From the IMG/VR virus record IMGVR_UViG_3300042868_005645, positions 1 to 55,223 of that record: a DNA stretch of 55,223 nt. One strand, written 5' to 3'. The translations under genes were made by a program, and so were the position numbers. Source of the stretch: a virus (lineage: Duplodnaviria; Caudoviricetes). This document shows positions 8,258 to 18,136 of the stretch, piece by piece (within the stretch, counting starts at the first letter, position 1; every line of letters starts with the position of its first letter). The notes under the pieces are model-generated. The model worked only from the letters and a program-made list of their open reading frames with translations, did not search any database and was not told the DNA's origin.

Positions 8258-10420
8258 ATGATTTTGAACACTGCACCGCAAGACCAAGCAATCCTTTCTA
8301 ACGTGGGCGAGATTGGCGAGTTCCGTATCCGTAACTCAGCCAAAGCCTTTAACATCCTTTCTTCAGGACTGTATGCAAACAAGATTCGTGCTATCATTCG
8401 CGAACTGAGTTGCAACGCTGTGGACAGTCACACAGCATCTGGCAAACAAGATACTCCGTTTGACATTCATTTGCCAAATCAGTTGGAGCCTTGGTTCAGC
8501 ATTCGCGACTATGGTACAGGACTTAATCATGAACAAGTCACCAGCATCTACACCACATACTTTGAGTCCACTAAGACTAATAGCAATGATTTTATTGGTG
8601 CCCTTGGTCTTGGTTCTAAGTCTCCATTTAGTTATACGGATAACTTCACCGTAACTGCTATCCGCGACAACGTCAAAGGTATCTACACTGCCTTTATCAA
8701 TGATCAAGGTGTTCCTAGTATTGCATTGATGACCAAAGAAGAGACGGCAGAACCTTCCGGTGTTGAAATCAAATTCAGCGTCAGTGACCGATATGACTTC
8801 TCTAAGTTTCAAGACGAAGCACGTCAAGTCTATACCTATTTTAAACTGCGCCCAGTGGTAGCCGGTGCAAACAGTTTCCAGTTCCGCGATGTAAAATATG
8901 ACACCCAAGATATTATTCCTGGTGTTCACAGTTACCAAGATAGTCAACGTAGTGTTGCCGTCATGGGTAATATTGCCTATCCTATCGAAGTGCCTAATGC
9001 AGACCAAACACTCGGTGACCTGCGTGGCTTGCTGAACTGCGGTTTGGAGTTGCACTTTGCCATTGGCGACTTGGACTTCCAAGCAAGTCGTGAAGGCTTG
9101 AGTTACATTCCACAAACAGTCAACAGCATCAAACGCAAGTTGGAAGCATTGAACGCACAATTGGCCACGCACCTTGCCCAAGAAGCAGATACCATTGCCA
9201 ATCTGTGGGATCGTGCCTTGTTCCTCCAAAGCAAGCATCGCATGGGTCTGTGGACTGCGGCTGTGAAAAAGTATGTGGCAGACACTAAACTGTCTACGTT
9301 TGACGACAACCGTTATGGTGGCACCAAGACTTTTAAGATGCCCATCGACGAACTTGCTAAGAAGTATAACATTGCAATTCGCGGTTTTAACTATGCCAAG
9401 CACAGCAAAGCATATCCTAACCGCAAGCATGAAACAGAATACAACGACAAGAAGAATGCCGCGGGTCATTACGAGCATACTATCTATTGGGGCTTTACTG
9501 TAGAAAAACATGTACAGTTCATTGCCAACGACACCAATGTTGGTGCTGTTGAACGTGCTAAGTTTCACTACCGTACTACCAAGCCAGATAACAGCACCAC
9601 AGTGTTTGTTCTTGAAAAGGCAAACAAAGCCAAGGATATGAACTTGAAGGCATTCTTCAAAGCCATTTCCAATCCTCCGCAGGCCACTATCGTCAATGCC
9701 AGCACACTGGAAAAGAAGGAACGTGCTGACAGTGGTCTGGGTAAGAACGTTACCATCCTTGCACTGCAAGAACGTGGTAGCGGTGGCTACTACCGTGAGA
9801 AAGAAATGGTTTGGCGTGATGCAGGCAAGGCCGATAGTTTTGACGCCGCTCAAACTTATTACTACTTGCCTTTGAGTGGCTTTGAAGTTCAAAGCAAGCA
9901 CGGTTCAATTGATGTTAAACAGTTCTACAACGACTTGAAAGACTGTGGATTGAAAGGTCTCCAAACTACCATTTATGGTGTGCGTAAAGGCGACATTGAG
10001 TTTATCCGTACACAAACTAATTGGGTCAACATCGAAGACCATGTTGCCAATGAATTGGCCAAGCCTATCGATAACAAACTTGTTATGAGTTTGGTGTTGT
10101 ATGCTGTTGACAGTTTTAACTTGTTGCAATATAATAGCAACATCGTCTCCGCAGTAACTAATCCTGTTAGTCCTTACACTAAATTGGTAACACAGTTTAA
10201 AGGCTTTGACAAGATCAAGTACAGCGAAGTGAGTTTGAAGCGTTTGTGCAATCGTTATGCTCAAGGTGTAACGTTCAATCCAGAAGCACAAGTTCAAAAA
10301 TTTGTTGATGGATGCTCTGACATCAGCAAACGATATCCGTTGTTGCAGTTCTTGCGTTCTGCACCTAACAGTGATGTAGCAGAGTATATTAATTTGATCG
10401 ACACACAGAAAGGTGTTTAA
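8258..10420 (+). CDS. rIIA: rIIA-like protein (GHKL ATPase N-terminal domain)
   Basis: LYANKIRAIIRELSCNAVDSH, DYGTGL and GALGLGSKSPFSY motifs; adjacent rIIB. Confidence 0.88.
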   Translation: MILNTAPQDQAILSNVGEIGEFRIRNSAKAFNILSSGLYANKIRAIIRELSCNAVDSHTASGKQDTPFDIHLPNQLEPWFSIRDYGTGLNHEQVTSIYTTYFESTKTNSNDFIGALGLGSKSPFSYTDNFTVTAIRDNVKGIYTAFINDQGVPSIALMTKEETAEPSGVEIKFSVSDRYDFSKFQDEARQVYTYFKLRPVVAGANSFQFRDVKYDTQDIIPGVHSYQDSQRSVAVMGNIAYPIEVPNADQTLGDLRGLLNCGLELHFAIGDLDFQASREGLSYIPQTVNSIKRKLEALNAQLATHLAQEADTIANLWDRALFLQSKHRMGLWTAAVKKYVADTKLSTFDDNRYGGTKTFKMPIDELAKKYNIAIRGFNYAKHSKAYPNRKHETEYNDKKNAAGHYEHTIYWGFTVEKHVQFIANDTNVGAVERAKFHYRTTKPDNSTTVFVLEKANKAKDMNLKAFFKAISNPPQATIVNASTLEKKERADSGLGKNVTILALQERGSGGYYREKEMVWRDAGKADSFDAAQTYYYLPLSGFEVQSKHGSIDVKQFYNDLKDCGLKGLQTTIYGVRKGDIEFIRTQTNWVNIEDHVANELAKPIDNKLVMSLVLYAVDSFNLLQYNSNIVSAVTNPVSPYTKLVTQFKGFDKIKYSEVSLKRLCNRYAQGVTFNPEAQVQKFVDGCSDISKRYPLLQFLRSAPNSDVAEYINLIDTQKGV

Positions 10421-10421
10421 A

Positions 10422-11222
10422 ATGACATTTCCATATTTGATTCAGGGCAAAAATATTGTTGTTGTAATTGACAACAATCCTCATACAATTACTTCTACTC
10501 ATATTGCCTATGAGAAAGTCAAAGAAGCAATTAAAACAGGCGAATGGGAAACTGTTCGCGACATCATCGAGCCAAAGAAGATTGTGCTTGAGTATGGTGC
10601 TGGCAACATCGCCATCCAAGGAGACAAGTTTTATTGGAAGGGACACGAGTTCCACAACACATTGGCTGATCGTATCATCCAAATGTATCAAGACGGCTTT
10701 CCAATTGAACCAATGATTAAGTTCATGGAGAACTTGATGAGCAATCCAAGTCATCGTGCTGTGACAGAACTGTACAAGTTTTTGGAAAAGGGTAACCTGC
10801 CAATTACCAATGACGGTCACTTCTTGGCATACAAGAAAGTTCGCAAGGACTACAAGGATTGCCACAGCGGTACAATGGATAACTCCGTTGGACAAGTGGT
10901 TGAAATGGAACGCAACATGGTTGATGACAAAGCCGAAAATACTTGCAGTTCTGGCTTGCACTTCTGCTCACGTGAGTACTTGGACCACTTCGGTGGCGAG
11001 CGCACAGTGATCCTTAAGATAAATCCACGTGATGTTGTGAGCATTCCCACTGACTACAATGCCAGCAAAGGTCGTGCTTGCCGCTACGAAGTTATCGGCG
11101 AGTTGGGTGTACATCCAGACGATGCTTTCAAAGCACCTGTTCAAGACGAAGCCTACACACAAGAGCAATTGGATGCCGCAGTTAAGGCCGCAGTCGAAGC
11201 CGCACTTAAGGTAACACAATGA
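10422..11222 (+). CDS. rIIB: rIIB-like protein
   Basis: LPITNDGHFLAYKKVR...CSSGLHFCS...INPRDVVSIPTDYN...RACRYEV. Confidence 0.9.
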   Translation: MTFPYLIQGKNIVVVIDNNPHTITSTHIAYEKVKEAIKTGEWETVRDIIEPKKIVLEYGAGNIAIQGDKFYWKGHEFHNTLADRIIQMYQDGFPIEPMIKFMENLMSNPSHRAVTELYKFLEKGNLPITNDGHFLAYKKVRKDYKDCHSGTMDNSVGQVVEMERNMVDDKAENTCSSGLHFCSREYLDHFGGERTVILKINPRDVVSIPTDYNASKGRACRYEVIGELGVHPDDAFKAPVQDEAYTQEQLDAAVKAAVEAALKVTQ

Positions 11223-11395
11223 TTAGACTTTGGCTAGCATTTGCCATCCTTGCCGTCCTTATTCACTTTGGCATTACTGCCTGGAGAAACATGGAGGGCA
11301 AGGAGCGTTGGACCTTGACAAAGTCTGTGACGTATAGTATAATTGTCGCATTGCTAGCCGTGCTGGTAATGACTGTAATCGTAATTCTTTTTTAA
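11219..11395 (+). CDS. small 2-TM membrane protein (58 aa)
   Basis: ATGA overlap; two hydrophobic helices; precedes the SPFH gene. Confidence 0.6.
   Translation: MIRLWLAFAILAVLIHFGITAWRNMEGKERWTLTKSVTYSIIVALLAVLVMTVIVILF
11315..11343 (+). promoter_or_regulatory. sigma70-type promoter
   Basis: TTGACA-17-TATAAT. Confidence 0.75.
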
Positions 11396-11404
11396 GGTAA
11401 ACAA

Positions 11405-12199
11405 ATGAAACGTATTTTTACTCTCTCTATTCTCGCCGCCGCAGTTTTGGCAACGGGTTGTACTCGTATTGAAACTGGTGAAGTCGGTGTTCGCGTTGGC
11501 TTTGACAAACAAGTCCAAAGTGGCGAACTGCTTCCAGGCTCGTTCAATCAAGTATTGATCGGCGATGTCTTGACATTCCCAGTCAAGGATGTCAACGTTA
11601 CTCTGGAGAATATGACTCCAGTAGCCAAAGACAATAGCACAATGAAAGATCTGGATGCTGTGGTTGTTTACAACATCAATCCACAGCAAGTATCAGAACT
11701 GTATGCTACTAAGAACAAAGCATTCCATGCTGAGTTCAAAGGCGATACCTATGTGATGTACAACTACATCGTACAAAATGCTCGTAATGCTATCTACAAG
11801 GCGGCACGTAAGTACGAAGCATTGGATATGGCTGACAATCGCGGCGAAATGGAGAAGTTCATCCAGGAAGAAATTGTTCGCAATCTAGCAGACGAAAAGT
11901 TGGACGGTAGTATTATGATCAGCCAAGTGTTGATTCGTAATGTTGTGCCAGCAGACTCAGTTGTCGAAAGTGCTAACGCATTGGTTCGTTCAAAGAACGA
12001 GTTGAAGCAGAAGGAAGTTGAAGTTAAGACTGCCGAAGCCGAAAGTCGTCGGATGGCGGCATTGGCTAACAACTCCGGTGCAAGCATTGCATTCATGCAA
12101 GCACAGGCCATGTTGAATATCTCCGAAGGTATCAAAGCAGGTCAAGTACAGACCATTATTGTGCCTAGTAACTTCAACGCATTGATGATGCCTAAGTAA
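11405..12199 (+). CDS. SPFH/band-7 (prohibitin) family lipoprotein
   Basis: Lipobox ATGC; RIETGEVGV; C-terminal coiled coil. Confidence 0.85.
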   Translation: MKRIFTLSILAAAVLATGCTRIETGEVGVRVGFDKQVQSGELLPGSFNQVLIGDVLTFPVKDVNVTLENMTPVAKDNSTMKDLDAVVVYNINPQQVSELYATKNKAFHAEFKGDTYVMYNYIVQNARNAIYKAARKYEALDMADNRGEMEKFIQEEIVRNLADEKLDGSIMISQVLIRNVVPADSVVESANALVRSKNELKQKEVEVKTAEAESRRMAALANNSGASIAFMQAQAMLNISEGIKAGQVQTIIVPSNFNALMMPK

Positions 12200-12201
12200 A
12201 A

Positions 12202-12396
12202 ATGGATATGAATCAAGCGGCCGTGTTTTTGGCAGGAAGCATTTTAACAATGTTAGGGTTTGTTGTTGTGGTTGCTGGTGTTATTGTTATCAATAATCTC
12301 ATACATAAATATTGGAAGCCAGTAAAGATATGGACGTTTGAATCGTATCCTCCCAGTGTCATGTTACAGCAGAAAGATGACAACAAAACTACATAA
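12202..12396 (+). CDS. small membrane protein
   Basis: Single hydrophobic helix. Confidence 0.6.
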   Translation: MDMNQAAVFLAGSILTMLGFVVVVAGVIVINNLIHKYWKPVKIWTFESYPPSVMLQQKDDNKTT

Positions 12397-12426
12397 TGTC
12401 TGCAATAGATAATATTGTGTTTGAGC

Positions 12427-12455
12427 AAATAGCCACTTTACAGTGGCTATTTTTT
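12427..12455 (+). terminator. intrinsic terminator
   Basis: AAATAGCCACT-ttac-AGTGGCTATTT followed by a T tract. Confidence 0.8.
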
Positions 12456-12502
12456 CCTGTACAATCACGCAACACTTACAAATTTTAATCAAGGAGCATT
12501 AA

Positions 12503-12682
12503 ATGGCTGGAACAGCAAAAAGTAATTACTTAACAGTAACTGAAGTGGTTGAGGGCAAACACGTAACAGTTTTCAACAGGATGTTTTTCAATGCAGGCGA
12601 CATGAACAAGTTCATCAAAGAAGAAAAAATTGTAGAAAAGTATCCCAAACCAAGATACACTATCTACAAAGAATGCTATTAA
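12503..12682 (+). CDS. hypothetical protein (59 aa, not in ORF track)
   Basis: AAGGAG SD; MAGTAKSNYLTV... Confidence 0.7.
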   Translation: MAGTAKSNYLTVTEVVEGKHVTVFNRMFFNAGDMNKFIKEEKIVEKYPKPRYTIYKECY

Positions 12683-12683
12683 A

Positions 12684-13199
12684 ATGATAATCTATTTAGA
12701 TATGGACGATGTGGTCGCCGATTGGCGTGTGGCCGCAGAGGACTTATTAAAATTAAAGTTTCCCAATAACGACCCATGGGCACGTATACCCAACGATAAA
12801 TGGGCTGAACTTAAACGCAACAGTCGCTTCTATCGAACACTGCCATTAAAGCCAGGAGCAGATGAATTGGTACAGTATTGTCGCAATGCTGTTCATAGAG
12901 GACTAGCAGATGATGTTAGATTCCTAAGTGCTATTCCGCATAACAACGACATGCCATGGAGCATACAGGATAAAGTTTGGTGGGCACACGATAACTTTCC
13001 AGGCATCCCAGTGTTCCTAGGACCTTATAGTCGAGACAAACAAGTACATTGTCAGCCCGGTGATATTTTAATTGATGACCGAACTAGTAACTGTGAAGAG
13101 TGGGAGAGTAGAGGAGGGCAAGCACACATCTATCGTACTTGGGAAGGGTGTAAGCCTTGGTTAGAACAAATTATTAATAACAAAGAAAGAAGTATATGA
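12684..13199 (+). CDS. 5'(3')-deoxyribonucleotidase (NT5C, HAD family)
   Basis: YLDMDDVVAD and LIDDR motifs. Confidence 0.8.
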   Translation: MIIYLDMDDVVADWRVAAEDLLKLKFPNNDPWARIPNDKWAELKRNSRFYRTLPLKPGADELVQYCRNAVHRGLADDVRFLSAIPHNNDMPWSIQDKVWWAHDNFPGIPVFLGPYSRDKQVHCQPGDILIDDRTSNCEEWESRGGQAHIYRTWEGCKPWLEQIINNKERSI

Positions 13200-13396
13200 G
13201 TGATCCGTTAGACGAAGCAGAAAGATTTACCAATATGTTTTTGGAAAAAGCACTGCAATACAAAGCCAAAGTTCCAGAACTCACAGGCTTTTGTTTGGCC
13301 TGTGAAGACCCAACCGAAGGCGCATTCTGTTCCAAAGAGTGTAGGGAAGACCACGAACGTTTGGAAAAAATTAAAGCAATCAAAGGCATTAGATAA
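13196..13396 (+). CDS. TraR/DksA-like C4 zinc-finger protein
   Basis: N-terminal DxxDxA (MSDPLDEA) and CxxC...CxxxC. Confidence 0.7.
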   Translation: MSDPLDEAERFTNMFLEKALQYKAKVPELTGFCLACEDPTEGAFCSKECREDHERLEKIKAIKGIR

Positions 13397-13397
13397 G

Positions 13398-13426
13398 TTG
13401 ACTGCCTGACTGTTTTATTGTATAAT
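13398..13426 (+). promoter_or_regulatory. sigma70-type promoter
   Basis: TTGACT-17-TATAAT. Confidence 0.8.
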
Positions 13427-13459
13427 AGACACATAGCAACAAACACACTGAAAGATTGT

Positions 13460-14536
13460 ATGACTTACTTTATGAAATCGGGCACACGTTTCAATGTTTC
13501 TACCAAAGAAGCAATGGACCTACACGATGCACTGCCCGCAGGTACTTACACTGTTAAATTTGATAAGATGGCCGGTTGCTTCTATCTTGAAGCAGTTGAA
13601 GGTTTTGAAATCAAAGGCAAGATCTACGGTGACACTCGCCGTAGTGCAGAGCGCATTCTGCGCACATTCCATGACCGTCCTAATTCAACTGGTGTAATGC
13701 TCACTGGTGAGAAGGGCAGTGGTAAGACACTGTTGGCTAAGATGCTTTCTTTGGAAGCACAGGCACAGGGTATTCCTACAATCGTTATCAATCAGCCATG
13801 GTGTGGTGAAGACTTCAACGGCTTCATGCAGATGATTGAACAACCCACTGTGATCTTGTTTGACGAGTTTGAAAAGGTCTACGATAACGATGACCAGGAA
13901 AAGATGCTGACTCTGCTGGACGGTGTATACCCTAGCAAGAAGTTGTTTGTCCTGACCTGTAACGACAAGTGGCGTGTGAACCAACACATGCGTAATCGCC
14001 CAGGCCGTATCTACTACATGCTGGACTACAAAGGCTTGGACAATGACTTTATCGTTGAGTACTGTGAAGACAACCTCAATGCCAAAGAACACATTCAAAC
14101 TATTTGCCGTATCTCCAGCATGTTCGATCAATTCAACTTTGACATGTTGAAGGCTTTGGTTGAGGAAATGAATCGTTACAATGAAACACCTCAGCAGGCA
14201 ATGAAGATGTTGAATGCTCGTCCTGAGTTTAGCGGTGAAACCAAATACAAGGTCACCCTGCAACCAAAAGGCTTGGACATTCCAGAAGACCTTTTGGAAA
14301 CTACCACATGGGTTGGCAATCCCTTGACCGGTCGTATCAGCATTGATTACAAAAAAGTCAACGGCGTGGACGAAGATGGAGACCAAGATTGGGATTGGGA
14401 AGGTTGCCGTTTCAGCAATGAAGATCTAAAACAGATCGATGCTAATGCTGGCAAGTTTATCTTCATCAACGACATTGGCGACCGTGTTACACTCAGCAAA
14501 GTTGTTGAGCGTAGTTACCACTGGGATGCATTTTAA
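13460..14536 (+). CDS. AAA+ ATPase
   Basis: Walker A GEKGSGKT, Walker B ILFDEFEK, NRPGR arginine finger. Confidence 0.9.
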   Translation: MTYFMKSGTRFNVSTKEAMDLHDALPAGTYTVKFDKMAGCFYLEAVEGFEIKGKIYGDTRRSAERILRTFHDRPNSTGVMLTGEKGSGKTLLAKMLSLEAQAQGIPTIVINQPWCGEDFNGFMQMIEQPTVILFDEFEKVYDNDDQEKMLTLLDGVYPSKKLFVLTCNDKWRVNQHMRNRPGRIYYMLDYKGLDNDFIVEYCEDNLNAKEHIQTICRISSMFDQFNFDMLKALVEEMNRYNETPQQAMKMLNARPEFSGETKYKVTLQPKGLDIPEDLLETTTWVGNPLTGRISIDYKKVNGVDEDGDQDWDWEGCRFSNEDLKQIDANAGKFIFINDIGDRVTLSKVVERSYHWDAF

Positions 14537-14562
14537 AAAACACATTTCGTATTGAGGTAGAT

Positions 14563-15021
14563 ATGAAAAAGATTTACTACGAAAAAGTAGGACGCAGGTA
14601 TGTGCCTGTGAGTGAATACGACAGTGAGTACTTGGACAGTTTCTCCAAGGGCACACATCTTGTGATGTGCTATCCAGGTGGACAAAGTCGTAGATACAAT
14701 GTCGATCCTGACTATGCGGCCATGATTGCCGCAGGGCGTGTGGCCGAAGATGCAATTTGCCGAGCACTGAACAAAGCCAGCGAAATGCGGCCAGCCCGTA
14801 CTCCTATTACACCGGCTCAACAAAGAGCCTGGAAGAAGTTGGCCAAAGAGTTTGGAGATGACCTATGCACACTACACGGTGCCAGTACACACGACATTGC
14901 TGAAGCCGGCATTAAAGCCATGCAACAAGAAGCAACATTGCTAATGTCTAATCCCGCAGTAAAAAAAGCATGGGATCGATTCCAATTGGTTTGTCAACTA
15001 ACTAAAGAAAATCAAAAATGA
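14563..15021 (+). CDS. hypothetical protein
   Basis: GAGGT SD; 152 aa. Confidence 0.75.
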   Translation: MKKIYYEKVGRRYVPVSEYDSEYLDSFSKGTHLVMCYPGGQSRRYNVDPDYAAMIAAGRVAEDAICRALNKASEMRPARTPITPAQQRAWKKLAKEFGDDLCTLHGASTHDIAEAGIKAMQQEATLLMSNPAVKKAWDRFQLVCQLTKENQK

Positions 15022-15278
15022 TTAAAGAGATATTGTTGTTCATTAAATGGCAATGGCGCAAATGTGAATTTTGGCAACGCTGTTATCTTGTAGGAGCATT
15101 TTTTCTAGGCATGGCTGCGTTTTCACCTAGTCCATATAATATGTATATTGGTGTTGTTCCTGTTGCTATGTTCTTTGTGTCTACTTTTAAATGGTGGATG
15201 TTTGACCCAATGATGGAAAGTTGGCGGAAATATAAAAAAGAAAAACAGAATCTCTTTGATACTATTAAAGGTGATTAA
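15018..15278 (+). CDS. membrane protein
   Basis: Two hydrophobic segments; coupled. Confidence 0.65.
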   Translation: MIKEILLFIKWQWRKCEFWQRCYLVGAFFLGMAAFSPSPYNMYIGVVPVAMFFVSTFKWWMFDPMMESWRKYKKEKQNLFDTIKGD

Positions 15279-15676
15279 TGATGCATCAATGGCAACTCGA
15301 CTTATTGGATAAGATGACAAACCGCAACGGTAAAGAGTTAAAAATCTCTATGGGTGGTCGTAATATTGGTAAGAGTCATTGGACCAATATGGCCATAGAC
15401 CGACTCATGCGTGACCTTAACAGCCATCCCATTAGTGATCTAGTACTCAGCGAAGGTAGTGTCTACGGTAGTCGTTACTATTGTGTAGAACCGGTAGGTG
15501 GCAATTGGCCGGATATGGAAATATGGAGTCTTGATACATACGGCAACTGTGGCAGTGCATGGGACAAAGACAAAGCACCTGAACTAAATGCTCGTTGGTA
15601 CATGAACGATCGAAGATTTTGGTTCCGTGAAGAAAAAGATCGCAATTGGTTTATTATGAAATGGAGTGCGGCGTGA
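15278..15676 (+). CDS. hypothetical protein, FxL(K/R)WS family
   Basis: Ends RNWFIMKWSAA. Confidence 0.7.
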   Translation: MMHQWQLDLLDKMTNRNGKELKISMGGRNIGKSHWTNMAIDRLMRDLNSHPISDLVLSEGSVYGSRYYCVEPVGGNWPDMEIWSLDTYGNCGSAWDKDKAPELNARWYMNDRRFWFREEKDRNWFIMKWSAA

Positions 15677-15948
15677 CTGGATTTCAATCTAAAAAACTTG
15701 TGGCTCGGATGACGCCAGCGTCTAAAGTAGATTCTAGTATACCCAACTACAAAATAGTAGAGCGAGCCATAGTGGATGATGAGCAATGGTACACTGTTCG
15801 AGTTTATAAGACTCCAATAATGTCTTGGGTAAGAAACAACAATAAAAAGTGGCAGTGGGAACATTCTAATAACGGAAGGCATGGCATACGTTTTGACATG
15901 CACGAAAAACTATTCACCATGTTGGCATTGAAATGGTCTCCTCGATGA
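15673..15948 (+). CDS. hypothetical protein, FxL(K/R)WS family
   Basis: GTGA overlap; ends MLALKWSPR. Confidence 0.6.
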   Translation: MTGFQSKKLVARMTPASKVDSSIPNYKIVERAIVDDEQWYTVRVYKTPIMSWVRNNNKKWQWEHSNNGRHGIRFDMHEKLFTMLALKWSPR

Positions 15949-16193
15949 ATTTAGAGGAAGAGATGATAAACAAAGCAGGCAAGGAACTTGCTGAACATAT
16001 CGACTTCAACATTATAGCAGACTTGCTAGTCGACGAGTGTGGTTGGACCAGGATAGAGTCATCTAGGCCTTTAGAACGTACTGTATTTGAGTGGCTGAAT
16101 GTAAATTGTAAACATCATTGGAAACATCGGGGAGATGTTATTCTTTTTGAATCTATAAAAGATGCTAACTGGTTTACCTTGAAGTGGAGTTAA
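15945..16193 (+). CDS. hypothetical protein, FxL(K/R)WS family
   Basis: Ends DANWFTLKWS. Confidence 0.7.
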   Translation: MNLEEEMINKAGKELAEHIDFNIIADLLVDECGWTRIESSRPLERTVFEWLNVNCKHHWKHRGDVILFESIKDANWFTLKWS

Positions 16194-16194
16194 A

Positions 16195-16410
16195 ATGTTT
16201 ATTACATTCAACAATACTCGCTATCATCAGCACCCTGAAATGCAAGCATGGTGCGAGAAACACTTTGGTGAAGGTAAGTGGATCGGTGAACAATATCCTA
16301 AAGAATGGTCAGGCATGCCTAACTGGACCATTCACAGTATGTTTGGCAATACAACATTTGCATTTAAGCACAAAAAGCATCACGATTGGTTTTTATTGAG
16401 ATGGTCATGA
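16195..16410 (+). CDS. hypothetical protein, FxL(K/R)WS family
   Basis: Ends HDWFLLRWS. Confidence 0.7.
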   Translation: MFITFNNTRYHQHPEMQAWCEKHFGEGKWIGEQYPKEWSGMPNWTIHSMFGNTTFAFKHKKHHDWFLLRWS

Positions 16411-16778
16411 CTACAGAACAAGAATTTTTTAAAAAGTTTGACATGCAGGTTTACCAGAGTAGTCGTAAACTGCGCAGGATTCCCAATATGTGGCAACACA
16501 CCAACGCATGGAATGTATCCATCAGTGACTCTACCATGTACCAACACAGTACTATTCCTATCGAAGAAGTAGAGTGTGTAGAAGTGTTGATGCCCAGAGA
16601 TAGGTTAAACAGCATTATCGAATACATTAATTATTGCGAACGATCCGTAGAAAAGCATGAAGTAGACCGACAACTAATTGCACGATACGAACGAGATCGA
16701 ATTGTTAGGCTTAAAAATCCTGCGGTGGAAAAGGCTTATCAAAAATATGTAATGTTGTTAGAATTGGCACGTAAATAA
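16407..16778 (+). CDS. hypothetical protein
   Basis: ATGA-coupled ORF. Confidence 0.7.
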   Translation: MTTEQEFFKKFDMQVYQSSRKLRRIPNMWQHTNAWNVSISDSTMYQHSTIPIEEVECVEVLMPRDRLNSIIEYINYCERSVEKHEVDRQLIARYERDRIVRLKNPAVEKAYQKYVMLLELARK

Positions 16779-16786
16779 GGTATACA

Positions 16787-17080
16787 ATGGCAAAAAGCAA
16801 AAACACCACAGCAACCACTCATGTAAACATTCCTGCACCAGGATCTTTTATGCCTCCTTTGAGTGCTGAAGAAAACAAAGGACCCAAATTAGAAACATGT
16901 GAGGTTGGTCCATTTAGACTCAAAGGAGTCAAAGTAGATGTTAATCAATACACTGCTGAACAGGTCACAGAAATGATTACATGGGCACGGGATAACAATG
17001 CGTATGTGGTAGAAGACAAGGGTCTGTTTAGTTGGAAAAGCGAAGCCAAACGTGATTGGTTTATTCTGCGTTGGAGTTGA
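16787..17080 (+). CDS. hypothetical protein, FxL(K/R)WS family
   Basis: Ends RDWFILRWS. Confidence 0.7.
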   Translation: MAKSKNTTATTHVNIPAPGSFMPPLSAEENKGPKLETCEVGPFRLKGVKVDVNQYTAEQVTEMITWARDNNAYVVEDKGLFSWKSEAKRDWFILRWS

Positions 17081-17105
17081 CACATCACGTAAATAATGTT
17101 ATAAT
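17077..17105 (+). promoter_or_regulatory. sigma70-type promoter
   Basis: TTGACA-17-TATAAT. Confidence 0.8.
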
Positions 17106-17136
17106 ATAATCAACAGTAACTATTTTAAGAGATACC

Positions 17137-17562
17137 ATGGAAGATTTTGATTGGAGCAATATTCTTTTTCAAGCAGTGATATACTGGCTGTTTTTCAAAC
17201 TTGGCCAAGCATCTGTCATTCACAAAGTAAGTAAAGCAGTGATTGAAAGTTTGGAAAAAAAGGGTATCGATGTTAAGGTAGGGCGTAATGGAGAACTGGA
17301 ATTTGGAGTGGACGAAATGATTTTGGATATCGAACGAGTCGAGAATCAATATTTTGCCTATTCTGGAGAAGGACAATTCCTTGGGCAAGGTGCAGACTTC
17401 ACAGGATTATTTGAAAGTCTAAAAAAGCAGTATCCAGATCAACATTTTAGAATTAATGCAGTGGAATCAAATTTTTCAGAAGAAGAGATCAAACAAATGG
17501 TCAATAACGCTATTGAAGTCTTTGGGGATAAAAAAAATGCAGAAAGTCAAACAAGGCAGTAA
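17137..17562 (+). CDS. hypothetical protein
   Basis: 141-aa ORF downstream of a promoter. Confidence 0.7.
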   Translation: MEDFDWSNILFQAVIYWLFFKLGQASVIHKVSKAVIESLEKKGIDVKVGRNGELEFGVDEMILDIERVENQYFAYSGEGQFLGQGADFTGLFESLKKQYPDQHFRINAVESNFSEEEIKQMVNNAIEVFGDKKNAESQTRQ

Positions 17563-17722
17563 CTGGCATGATGGCAATGGAAAAACATTCACGGTAATAC
17601 ACACCGTCGTGATAGACGGACACACATGGGTACACTATCGCAATCAGCAAGCCGAAGAATTTAGTTGTTATGAAGAAGCATTTTTATTAAGATTTAGAGA
17701 AAATGCAAATGACAAAAATTAA
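17537..17722 (+). CDS. hypothetical protein
   Basis: Short overlapping ORF in an operon. Confidence 0.6.
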   Translation: MQKVKQGSNWHDGNGKTFTVIHTVVIDGHTWVHYRNQQAEEFSCYEEAFLLRFRENANDKN

Positions 17723-17870
17723 GTTTCGTGATTGGGTAAGGATGTGCTGGCAAGAAAATTGCATGGAACGAGACGGGTTCAACGAATCTGCCCACAGTAT
17801 TACTTACTACTTCAATCAATACAAATGGTGGCTACGAAGAGAATTTAGATATCAACAAGGCAAAAAATGA
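17709..17870 (+). CDS. hypothetical protein (53 aa, not in ORF track)
   Basis: MTKIKFRDWVRMCW...; ATGA overlap with the next gene. Confidence 0.55.
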   Translation: MTKIKFRDWVRMCWQENCMERDGFNESAHSITYYFNQYKWWLRREFRYQQGKK

Positions 17871-18136
17871 ACACTGAAAATAAAACACTGCAAGAACTCT
17901 CACTGGACGAAATGAAAGATCTCAAGATTGAATTTGCTCCAGGGTGCTTTGATAACTTTGAAGGCACACAAGAAGAATTAGACGAATTAATGTCTAGTAT
18001 TAAAGAAATGTTTCGTACTGGAGAAGCCAAAAATGCTCGCCGATTGGATCTGGATGACCTAGACGAAGAAGATCTTGAAATGCTTGAACGGATCTATGAA
18101 CAAGAATCACAATCCAAAGAAAGGAAACTACAATGA
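17867..18136 (+). CDS. acidic hypothetical protein
   Basis: Coupled ORF. Confidence 0.7.
   Translation: MNTENKTLQELSLDEMKDLKIEFAPGCFDNFEGTQEELDELMSSIKEMFRTGEAKNARRLDLDDLDEEDLEMLERIYEQESQSKERKLQ

Noticed and set aside
8363-9901. 512-aa minus-strand ORF
   Set aside because: Antisense shadow of rIIA caused by codon bias; no motifs
13685-14386. 233-aa minus-strand ORF
   Set aside because: Antisense shadow of the AAA ATPase
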